Below, in pieces: positions 42,734 to 52,200 of a stretch of 64,000 nucleotides of DNA; the stretch's first letter is position 1, and each line of letters begins with the position of its first letter. Below the pieces are notes generated by a model that made no database searches, was not told where the DNA came from, and saw nothing but the letters and a program-made list of their open reading frames with translations. The DNA is from an uncultured Verrucomicrobiae bacterium (GTDB lineage Bacteria > Verrucomicrobiota > Verrucomicrobiia > Chthoniobacterales > Chthoniobacteraceae): assembly GCA_963769025.1 (NCBI GenBank), contig CAVYKI010000009.1, positions 928,001-992,000 on the forward strand. Reading direction: 5' to 3'. The translations under genes were made by a program, and so were the position numbers.

Positions 42734-44212
42734 TCACGCGAGCCACGGGCGCAACACTTTCCCCGCGACATCCGTGAGCCGGTAATCGCGGCCTTGGAAG
42801 CGGTGGGTGAGCCGCATGTGGTCGATTCCAAAAAGGTGCAGGATCGTCGCATGGAGATCGTTGATGTGGACCGGATCGCGCACGACCGACCAGCCGATCT
42901 CGTCCGTCCCGCCATAAGTCTGCCCGCCTTTGATTCCGCCGCCCGCGAGCAGCACCGTGAATGCATTCGGGTGGTGATCGCGTCCGGTGACGTTCTTGCT
43001 TCCGCCGCGATTCTCGCCAAGCGGCGTGCGTCCAAATTCGCCGCACCACACGATGAGCGTCTCATCGAGCAGCCCGCGCATTTTCAGATCCTTGATCAGT
43101 GCCGCGACCGGCTGGTCGCTCATGCCCGCGTTGAAGGCGAGTTCGTTGTCGAGGTTCGAGTGATGGTCCCACGACGCATGCACGACATTCACGAAGCGCA
43201 CGCCGCGCTCAACAAGCCGGCGCGCGAGCAGGCAATTCGTCGCAAAACTCCTGTACTGACCCGGCCCGCCGGCGCGCGTCGCCTTCACCTTCGCATCCTC
43301 ACGATTCACGCCGTACATCTCCAGCGTCTTCGGATCCTCCTTGGAAAGATCGATCAGCTCCGGCGCCGCGCTCTGCATGCGAAACGCGAGCTCATACGCT
43401 GCGGTGCGACTCTGGATCTCCGGGTCGCGCATCTGGCCGAACCGCTCCTCGTTCAACCCCGCCAGCGCATCGAGCCCCGCGCGCTGGAGCTCCGGCGGAA
43501 GACCCTCGGGGTTGCTCAGATTCAGGACCGGCGCGCCCTGATTGCGAAATTGCACGCCCGCATACACCGAGGGCAAAAATCCGCTCTGCCACAGCGACGT
43601 CCCGCCGCTCGTCCCACGCCCCGCCGACAGCACGACGTAGCCCGGCAGGTTGCGCGACTCCGAGCCGAGCCCGTAGTTCAGCCACGCTCCCATCGTCGGC
43701 AGCCCGAACGTCGCGCGCCCGCAGTGCATCACGAGCTGCGCCGGATGATGGTTGAACTGATCCGTGTGCATCGAGCGCACCATCAGCAGGTCATCCGCGC
43801 ACGTCGCGACATTCGGCAGCAGGTCGCTGAACTCCATCCCGCACTGCCCGTACTTCGCAAATTTCCGCGGCGAGCCCATCAGCCGCGCCGTCTCCTTCTT
43901 GATGAATGCGAACCGCACGTTCTTCGTCATCGATTCCGGCAACGGCTGGCCGTTCAGTTCATTAAGCTTGGGCTTCGGGTCGAAGAGATCGATCTGCGAC
44001 GGCGCGCCCTCCATGAACATGAAGATGCAATTCTTCGCCTTCGGCGCGAAATGCGGAGCCTTCGGGAAAAGCGGATCGATCCCCGCGCCGGGCGCGGCGA
44101 GCAGCCCGTCCTGCTGCAACATGGACGCCATCGCCAGCCATCCCAGCCCGCTCGCAGCCGTGGTGAAAAATTCGCGGCGGCTGAGATGAACGGCGCGGTC
44201 GATTGGATTCAT
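42734..44212 (-). CDS. DUF1501 family protein with Tat motif
   Basis: SRREF, GAPSQIDLFDPKP, WDHH, GEFGRTP, GRDHHP, RLTDV.G. Confidence 0.92.
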   Translation of the reverse strand: MNPIDRAVHLSRREFFTTAASGLGWLAMASMLQQDGLLAAPGAGIDPLFPKAPHFAPKAKNCIFMFMEGAPSQIDLFDPKPKLNELNGQPLPESMTKNVRFAFIKKETARLMGSPRKFAKYGQCGMEFSDLLPNVATCADDLLMVRSMHTDQFNHHPAQLVMHCGRATFGLPTMGAWLNYGLGSESRNLPGYVVLSAGRGTSGGTSLWQSGFLPSVYAGVQFRNQGAPVLNLSNPEGLPPELQRAGLDALAGLNEERFGQMRDPEIQSRTAAYELAFRMQSAAPELIDLSKEDPKTLEMYGVNREDAKVKATRAGGPGQYRSFATNCLLARRLVERGVRFVNVVHASWDHHSNLDNELAFNAGMSDQPVAALIKDLKMRGLLDETLIVWCGEFGRTPLGENRGGSKNVTGRDHHPNAFTVLLAGGGIKGGQTYGGTDEIGWSVVRDPVHINDLHATILHLFGIDHMRLTHRFQGRDYRLTDVAGKVLRPWLA

Positions 44213-44216
44213 GGCT

Positions 44217-47200
44217 CTAGTTTCGTGTGATGAACTCATCGGTATTCATGACTATCCGCGACGTTGCCGTCCAAGCCGCCAGCTCGACGGCGTTCGCCTC
44301 CTTGGGATTCGCAACGAGCTTCTTTGCCTCGTCCGGATGTGCCGCGTAATACGCGCGCGCCTGGCTCAGCAGCGACATCAGCCGCGAACTTTCCGGCGCC
44401 GTGGGAGGCCGCCCGAGGCACAGCCGGAACGCGCGCTCCAACCGCGGCGCATCGTTTCCGTTCGCTTCGCGAAGGACTCGCGCCGCGAGAGCCCGCGCCG
44501 CCTCCGCGAATGCCTGCGCGTTCAGCGTGGCAAGCGCCTGAAGCGGCGTGTCGGACACAGTCCGCGTGACGCATGCTGTGTTCGCATCGGGACAGTCAAA
44601 CGTCATCAGGTCCGGATGCGGCGCAGTGCGCTTGAAAAAGGTGTACATCCCGCGCCGGTACCGGTCCTCGCCGCTGCTCTCGGTCCACTTGAAATTCCCC
44701 GCGTAACTCAGCGCCGCGACATCGGCCGGCATCGGCGGAAAGACGCTCGGGCCGCCGATCTTCGCCGAGAGCAATCCGCTCGCCGCCAGATGCAGGTCGC
44801 GCACGACCTCGCCCTCGACGCGGATGCGCGCCTGCCGCGCGAGCAGCCGGTTCAGCGGATCCACGTCGCGAAGCTCGGGCCTCTGTGCCGCGCCCTGCTG
44901 GTACGTCGCGCTCGTGACAAGCAGCCGGATCATGTGCTTCCGGCTCCAACCCTTCGCGACGAATTCATCCGCGAGCCAATCGAACAGTTCCGGGTGCGAC
45001 GGCGGTTCGCCACGCACACCGAAGTCATCTTCCGTCCGCACGATTCCCGTGCCGAAAAGCTGCGCCCAGAAATGATTCACCGTCACGCGCGCCGTGAGCG
45101 GATTCTCCCGGCTCATGAGCCAGCGCGCAAAATCGAGCCGGTCGGGCATCGCGCCGCCCTTGACATCGGCATTCCGTGCGCGGAGCGGCGGCAGAATTGC
45201 CAGGCCACCCGGCTTCACGGGATCGGTCGGGGAAAGGAACTCGCCCCGGTGCAGGATGCGCGTGTCGCGCGGAGTCGCCCGCTGCGCGATCACCCGCACA
45301 TCCATGAGCGGCGGCGGCGGTCCCGACGCTGCGATCCTTTCCGCCTCCGCCGCGATCGCGCGGGTCGCGGGATCGCTCTTCACAGCCCAGTCGAGGATCT
45401 CCGCGACATTTTCATTCGTCCACTTTTCCGAACCGACGCGCAAAAGGCGCCTCACTTCCGCGGTCCCGATGCTCTCCTCCGTCTCGCCAGTGATCGCGAC
45501 GAGCCGGAAACGCCCGATGCAATGGTCGCCCTTCGGGTAAGTCTGCTGCAGCGAAATGGTCACCTCACCGGCCTTCGCACCGTCGAGCGGAAGCGCGACT
45601 TGGAATATCGCGCTGTGCTGCTTGCCGACACCGCCTCCGACAGCCCAGCCCGTCTCCGCATTTCCATCGAGCGCTCCCGCGACTTTCCAACCCGCCTGCT
45701 CGTAGTCGGCCCTCGGCGAATGCAGTTCCACCTTCGCGCCGTCTTTTGTCTGAACGCGGAACTCGCTCAGCACAAAGTTGCCCTTGTCCGCGCGCCCCGG
45801 ACCTTTCTCCGGCAGCGAATCATCCGGCAGCACTTCCAGTTCGAACGCGCTTACGTTGAGCGGCGGCAACTTTGCCGTGACCGTGTATGTATCGTGCTTC
45901 GGCTGCACGCCGGCCGCGAGCCACGATCCGTCGTCGAGCTTTGTGAAGGTGGTCTTGCCCGCCGCCTTCACGGAGGAAATCTCAAGCACGCTGCGCCCCG
46001 CCTTTTTCCCCTCGGCAGCGCCGAGCTTTTCCAACTTCGCGTGCATCTCCCTTTCCCATGCAGGCAGACGTTCCTTCAGCGACTCGCGCGCGGCTGCCAC
46101 TTTCGCCTCTGCCTCGCGGAGTTTGGCAAGATGCGCGGCGTTTGCCTTCGCGTATTCCGCGAGTGCGGCGGCGGACTTGCCGACCTTCGCCGTGGCCTCG
46201 TCGCCGTTGTTGAAAAACGCGAAGAGCTGGTAGTACTCCCGCTGCGAAATCTGGTCGTACTTGTGCGTGTGGCAGCGCGCGCAGCCGACCGTGAGCCCGA
46301 GCCACACCGCGCCCGTCGTCTCCGTGCGATCGAACACGGCCTCGTTGCGGAACTGCTCCTGGTCCACGCCGCCCTCGGTGTTCGTGAGCGTCTGCCGGTG
46401 GAACGCGGTCGCGAGCTTCTGCTCCGGCGTCGCATTTGGCAACAGGTCGCCCGCGAGCTGCTCGATGGTGAACTGGTCGAACGGCATGTCCGCATTCACC
46501 GCCGCGATCACCCAGTCGCGATAACGCCACGCATCCGGACGCGGCCTGTCCTTCTCGTAGCCATCGCTGTCCGCATAGCGCGCCTTGTCGAGCCAATGCC
46601 GTCCCCATCGCTCGCCAAACCGCGGCGACGCGAGCAGCCGCTCCGCCAGCGCCTCCACCGCCTTCTGCCGATCCTTCGCCGCAGCCTTCGCAAAATCATC
46701 CGCCTCCTCCGGCGTCGGCGGCAGTCCTGTCAGATCGAGGAAAAGCCGCCGGCAAAGCGTATGCGCATCCGCCGCTGGCGAGGGCTTGATGCCTTCCCTC
46801 TCCAGTCGCGCGAGGATGAAGCGATCCACGTCATTTCGCGGCCACGCCGCGTCCTTCACCTGCGGCGGCTGCGGACGGTGCACCGGCAGATACGCCCAGT
46901 GCTGCGTCCACTCCGCGCCCGATGCGATCCACTTCTTCAAAATCTCCACCTGCTGCGGAGTCGGGCGTTTCGCCATGTTTTTTGGCGGCATGACGTCATC
47001 CGGATCGTTGGTCGTGATGCGCGCGATTGCCTCGCTCCTTTCCGGATGCCCCGCGACGAACGCCGCCGCCCCGCTGTCGAGGAGCTTCAGCGCACCCTCG
47101 CGTGTCGTGAGATTCAGCCCGCCCTTCTGCTTGTCCGGCCCGTGACACTCATAGCAGTGCTCCGCAAAAAGCGGCTGGATGTCGCGCTGAAAGTCCACCT

Positions 47201-47258
47201 CCGCGGCAAAGGCAGCGAGTGGTAGAACAAGGGACGAAAGTGCGGCAGTTCGCAGCAT
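44217..47258 (-). CDS. Planctomycete cytochrome c + DUF1549/DUF1553 (PSD1) protein
   Basis: [51 protein letters not shown]. Confidence 0.92.
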   Translation of the reverse strand: MLRTAALSSLVLPLAAFAAEVDFQRDIQPLFAEHCYECHGPDKQKGGLNLTTREGALKLLDSGAAAFVAGHPERSEAIARITTNDPDDVMPPKNMAKRPTPQQVEILKKWIASGAEWTQHWAYLPVHRPQPPQVKDAAWPRNDVDRFILARLEREGIKPSPAADAHTLCRRLFLDLTGLPPTPEEADDFAKAAAKDRQKAVEALAERLLASPRFGERWGRHWLDKARYADSDGYEKDRPRPDAWRYRDWVIAAVNADMPFDQFTIEQLAGDLLPNATPEQKLATAFHRQTLTNTEGGVDQEQFRNEAVFDRTETTGAVWLGLTVGCARCHTHKYDQISQREYYQLFAFFNNGDEATAKVGKSAAALAEYAKANAAHLAKLREAEAKVAAARESLKERLPAWEREMHAKLEKLGAAEGKKAGRSVLEISSVKAAGKTTFTKLDDGSWLAAGVQPKHDTYTVTAKLPPLNVSAFELEVLPDDSLPEKGPGRADKGNFVLSEFRVQTKDGAKVELHSPRADYEQAGWKVAGALDGNAETGWAVGGGVGKQHSAIFQVALPLDGAKAGEVTISLQQTYPKGDHCIGRFRLVAITGETEESIGTAEVRRLLRVGSEKWTNENVAEILDWAVKSDPATRAIAAEAERIAASGPPPPLMDVRVIAQRATPRDTRILHRGEFLSPTDPVKPGGLAILPPLRARNADVKGGAMPDRLDFARWLMSRENPLTARVTVNHFWAQLFGTGIVRTEDDFGVRGEPPSHPELFDWLADEFVAKGWSRKHMIRLLVTSATYQQGAAQRPELRDVDPLNRLLARQARIRVEGEVVRDLHLAASGLLSAKIGGPSVFPPMPADVAALSYAGNFKWTESSGEDRYRRGMYTFFKRTAPHPDLMTFDCPDANTACVTRTVSDTPLQALATLNAQAFAEAARALAARVLREANGNDAPRLERAFRLCLGRPPTAPESSRLMSLLSQARAYYAAHPDEAKKLVANPKEANAVELAAWTATSRIVMNTDEFITRN

Positions 47259-47355
47259 GCGTGAAGGGTATCACCACCACGCGTCCGTGTTAGCGGAAAA
47301 AAGCACCTCGACTGGCGGGAGGATCACGCCGACCCCAGTCCCTCGGCGGAAACTG

Positions 47356-48093
47356 CTACCGTGGTCGCACGATCATCTCCTCGATGATCACATGCGGCGG
47401 CATGTTGATCGAAAACACGATGCAATCCGCGACATCTTCGGGACGCATCATCTTCGCAAGCGCGTCCGCATCCGGCACGACCGGACGTTTCTTCAGCAGC
47501 GGCGTGTCGATGTCTCCGGGGAAAATCCCGATTGCGCGCACACCGCGCCCGCGCTCCTCGGCGTTGATGCTCTGTGTCAGCCCCGCGAGGCCAAACTTCG
47601 ACATCACGTATGCCGGCCCGGCCTTCGGCGACGCCGCCTTTCCCGCATCGGAAATCACATTCACGATCGTCCCGCTCCCACGCGCACGCATCCCAGGCAA
47701 GAACGCCTGCACGCAATAGTACGCACCGTTGAGATTCGTGTTCATCATGTCGTGAAAATCGGCGGACGACAGCACCTCCAGCGCACGCTTCGGCGCATTC
47801 GTCCCCGCCGCGTTCACGAGCACCTCGACCTCGCCAAACTCCGCGAGCACGCGCTTCCCCATCGCCGCCACCGCCGCCTCATCGCCGATGTCGCACGGGC
47901 ACACGAGCACCTTGCCACCATGCTCGCCCGCGATGCCCGCCGTCTCCAGCAGCGCATTTTCACGCCGCCCGAGGATCGCCACATTCCAGCCTGCGCCAGC
48001 AAGCGCGACTGCCGTTGCACGACCCACGCCGCTGCCGGCGCCGGTGATGACTGCTGTTTTCATAGATGCTTCGTTCAATGCCTTCACGCTCAC
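47356..48093 (-). CDS. SDR family oxidoreductase
   Basis: TGAGSGVG, NAAG, YVMSK; start either GTG 48093 or ATG 48063. Confidence 0.92.
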   Translation of the reverse strand: MSVKALNEASMKTAVITGAGSGVGRATAVALAGAGWNVAILGRRENALLETAGIAGEHGGKVLVCPCDIGDEAAVAAMGKRVLAEFGEVEVLVNAAGTNAPKRALEVLSSADFHDMMNTNLNGAYYCVQAFLPGMRARGSGTIVNVISDAGKAASPKAGPAYVMSKFGLAGLTQSINAEERGRGVRAIGIFPGDIDTPLLKKRPVVPDADALAKMMRPEDVADCIVFSINMPPHVIIEEMIVRPR

Positions 48094-49166
48094 GCAACGT
48101 CAATCCACGCTCCGCGCTCCGCCGATTCCAGCGCAGCATCCATCACCCGGACGACATCCGCGCCCTCGTGGAAGCTCGGCACGCACGGGCGCTGATTCCG
48201 GATCGCCTCCACAAATTCAAACGCCTGATCGTAGCGGAACGTCACGAGCGGATCGCCCGTGCCGGGATCGCGCGGCGAGCCGGGCCACGTCCAGAACTCG
48301 CGCGGCACGGGCAGCGGCGCGAGCCCGGGACCGCCGACTTTGCCGAAGATGAGCTCGTTCCATTTTCCCGTCGTGAACTCGAACGTCCCCTCGCTGCCGT
48401 TCAGCTCCACGTAATCGAGCGAGCGCCACGACTCGTTCCGGCCACTCGCGAGCTTCGAGCTTTCCAGCACGCCAGTTGCGCCATTTTGAAAATCCGCAAG
48501 GATCGCCACCCAGTCCTCGGTGTCGTTCGGCAGTCCCCCGCGCATCGGCGTGAGGGTTTTCACATTCGCCACGAGCCGCTTCATCGGCCCGACGAGATAC
48601 TGCGCGAAATTGATCCGGTGGCTGAGCATGTCGCCGAGTTCGCCTGTGCCAGCGAGTTTCTTCACCATGCGCCAGCCGAGCGGGCGCGTGCCCCAGTCCT
48701 GCAGCCGGCACGAGCGGTAGTGGTACGGCTGACCGAGGTCGCCGCGCGCGATGAGATGCCCGAGGTAGCGCATCGCCGGGACGAAACGATACGTGAACGC
48801 CGTCATGTGCCGCACGCCGGCGCGGTCCGCCGCATCCGCCATGCCACGCGCCTCAGGGTAGTTCATCGCGATGGGCTTTTCGCAGAGCACATGCTTGCCC
48901 GCCGCAATGGCCGCGTGCGCGATCGGCGCATGGGTGAAATTCGGAGTGGCGATGATCACCGCATGCACGTCATCGCGCTTCACGATGTCCTCGTAATTCA
49001 GCGAGCAGGTCTGGACGCCCGTCTGCTGCCGCGCCGCCTCGAGCGTCGCGGGATTGGTGTCGCAAAGCGCCGTGACTTTCACATCGCCGCACATGGCGAG
49101 GCCGGGGAGATGGTTTTGCAAAGTGATGCCGCCGGTGCCGATGATTGCGAAATTCAGGGTGCTCAT
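48090..49166 (-). CDS. Gfo/Idh/MocA family oxidoreductase
   Basis: IIGTGGI, ATPN..H, CEKP, GELGDMLSH. Confidence 0.92.
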   Translation of the reverse strand: MSTLNFAIIGTGGITLQNHLPGLAMCGDVKVTALCDTNPATLEAARQQTGVQTCSLNYEDIVKRDDVHAVIIATPNFTHAPIAHAAIAAGKHVLCEKPIAMNYPEARGMADAADRAGVRHMTAFTYRFVPAMRYLGHLIARGDLGQPYHYRSCRLQDWGTRPLGWRMVKKLAGTGELGDMLSHRINFAQYLVGPMKRLVANVKTLTPMRGGLPNDTEDWVAILADFQNGATGVLESSKLASGRNESWRSLDYVELNGSEGTFEFTTGKWNELIFGKVGGPGLAPLPVPREFWTWPGSPRDPGTGDPLVTFRYDQAFEFVEAIRNQRPCVPSFHEGADVVRVMDAALESAERGAWIDVA

Positions 49167-49236
49167 GGGCTGCGCAGGACAGCCGAGGCGACGCAGCTCC
49201 GCAAGCCCGCAACTGCGCCTGCCGACCTGTCCGCAC

Positions 49237-52200
49237 TCAAGCTGTCCGCGCTTTCACATTTGCAGCTACGAGCGGACGAAGGAACGGCGCCGTCCTGCTC
49301 ACCGGATGCGCAGCGACTTCCTCCGGCGTGCCGCAGGCGACGACTTCACCGCCCGCCGCGCCCGCCTCGGGACCGATGTCCACGACGTAGTCGGCGTCGG
49401 CGATGAGCGAGAGATTGTGCTCGATGACGAGCACCGTCGCGCCGTCGTCCACGAGGCGGTGGAGCACTTTCAGCAACTCGGCCACGTCCGCCATGTGCAG
49501 GCCGATGGTCGGCTCCTCGAGCAGGTAGAGCGTGCTCTTCGGCTCGCGCTGGCGGCGCAGTCGCGAGTTCGCATCGCGCGCGACGCCCTGCACGAGTTCG
49601 GCGACGAGCTTCAGCCGCTGTGCCTCTCCGCCGCTGAGCGTGGGACTGGGCTGGCCGAGACGCAGATAGCCGAGCCCGGTGTCGCAGAGGAGCGCGAGCG
49701 GACGGTGGATTTTCGGCGCGGCTTTGAAAAATTCCGCGGCCTCCGCAAGCGACATCTCCATGACGTCGCCGATGCTCTTGTCATTGTAGAGCACCTCGAG
49801 TGTCGCCGGATTGAAGCGCTTTCCGTGGCAGTCCGTGCACGGCTGGTAGCTTGTCGGAAGGAACGCCATCTCCATGCGGATGACACCCTGCCCGCTGCAC
49901 GTCTCGCAGCGTCCGCCCTCGGTGTTGAAAGAAAAGCGCGACGCGGTGTAGCCGCGCATCCGCGAAGTCGGGAGCTGCGCGAAGAGCGCGCGGATCTCGT
50001 TGAACACGCCGAGATACGTCGCTGGCGTGGAGCGCGACGTTTTGCCGATGGGCGACTGATCCACCTCATGGACAGCCTCGATGAACTCGACGCCGCCGAG
50101 GCAGGGCGCGCCCGCCGAGCGCGCCGACACTTCCTCGCCGGGTTTCACGCCCGCCAGCTTGAGCACTTTCGGCGAGAGCGCCCTGCCCCGTTTCGCTCCC
50201 TCCTTTAGCGCAGCCTCGACCGTCGGTTTCAGCACCCCGCGCATGAGCGTGCTTTTCCCGCTGCCGCTGATGCCGGTGATCACGCTCAGCCTGCCGATGG
50301 GAAAACGGACATCCACGTTCTTCAGGTTGTTCGTCCGTCGCTCCGCGGAGTTCCAGCCATTGGCCGCCTTCGAGCGAGCGTCGCACACCGCGCGTGGGAT
50401 GCTCCAGCGGATGGCGCAAATACTTTCCCGTCGCGCTGCGCTCGCACGCCGCGATGTCGTCGAGCGAACCGATGGCGCAGACTTCGCCGCCATGAACGCC
50501 CGCGAGCGGCCCGAGGTCCACGATCGTATCCGCGCGGCGCATCGTCTCCTCGTCGTGTTCGACGACCACGAGCGAGTTTCCCTTTGCCGCGCAGTGCGAT
50601 GAGCGTGTCGAGCAGCGCATCGTTGTCGCGCGGATGCAGGCCGATGGTCGGCTCGTCGAGGACGTAGAGCACGCCGCGCAGATTGCTCCCGAGCTGCGCG
50701 GCGAGGCGGATGCGCTGGCTCTCGCCGCCGCTGAGCGTCTTCGCGCTGCGGTCGAGCGACAGGTAGTCGAGCCCGACTTTTCCCATGAAAGTGAGCCGCT
50801 GGATGATCTCCGGAACGATGTCCTGCGAGATGGGCGTTTCCTGCGCGTCGAATCGCAGCTTTCCCGCGAGCGCGAGCGCTTCGCGCACCGGCAGCGCCGC
50901 GTATTCGCCGATGGTGCGCCCTTTCAATTTCACCGCGCACGCCTGCGGATTCAGCCGCGCGCCGGAACACGCGGGACACGGCACCGCCTCGCCTTCCTCC
51001 AGCGATTCACCCTGGCGCTCGATGTCGAGTTCCTGCTCCAGCGCGGTTTCCAGCCGCGGATTCACGTAATGCTTCCACACTTCGCCGAAGCCGCGGCACT
51101 CGGCGCACCAGCCGTGCGGCGAGTTGAACGAGAACAGGCGCGGATCGAGTTCCTCAAAGGATTGTCCGCAATCCGGGCAGGCCTGCTCGGTGCTGAGAAT
51201 GGTGCCGCGGTTCTTCGCATCGAGCACGCGGATGGTGCCGCGGCCGATGCTGAGTGCGCTCTTCACCAACTCGGCGAGCCTCCGCCGCCGCGGGCCGCGC
51301 GTGTCGGCGGGCGTGCGCTCGCCGACGAGCACCTCGATGGTGTGCTCGCGGAAACGCTCGAGCTTGGTGAACTCGTCCACGCGCACGAGACGGCCGTCCA
51401 CCAGCAGCGTCTCGAAGCCCTGGCGCTTCGCCCATTTCGCGATGTCCGTGTGGAAGCCCTTCCGGGCTCGCACCAGCGTCGCGAACACGCGCACCCGTCC
51501 CTTTTTTCGCGAAGTCCTCGACACGCCGTGTGACCGCAGCCGCGGTCTGCGACTCGACAGCGCAACCGCAATCCGGGCAATGCTGCACGCCGAGCTTTGA
51601 AAAGAGCAGCCGCAGGAAATGATAGACCTCGGTGACAGTCGCCACGGTGGATTTTCCGCCGCCGCGCGTGACGCGCTGCTCGATGGCCACGCTCGGCGGA
51701 AGGCCCGTGATGCGATCGACGTCGGGCTTTTCGAGTTGCTCGACGAACTGCCGCGCGTACGGCGACATCACGTCGAGGAAGCGGCGCTGCCCCTCGGCGA
51801 AGAGAAGGTCGAACGCGAGCGTGCTCTTCCCCGAGCCGCTGAGGCCGGTGATGACGACCAACTGATCGCGCGGGATGGAGAGCGAGATGTTCTTCAGGTT
51901 GTGCTCCCGCGCACCGTGGATGCCGATTGCACGCGAAGCGGCAGCGCGCGACGGCTCCTCGGCGACCACGGCTGTTTGGTAGGGCGCGCTCGCCGAGCGC
52001 GCCCACTCTTCCGCACCGGCTGATCTGGGCGCTTTCGGCGAAAGCGCCCTACCGAGGTATCGCCCGGTGTGCGACTCCTCGACTTGCGCGACTTCCTCCG
52101 GCGTGCCCTTCGCGACGAGAAGGCCTCCGCCGGTTCCTGCCTCCGGGCCGAGATCCAGGACGTAGTCGGCGCACTTGATGACTTCGAGATTGTGCTCGAT

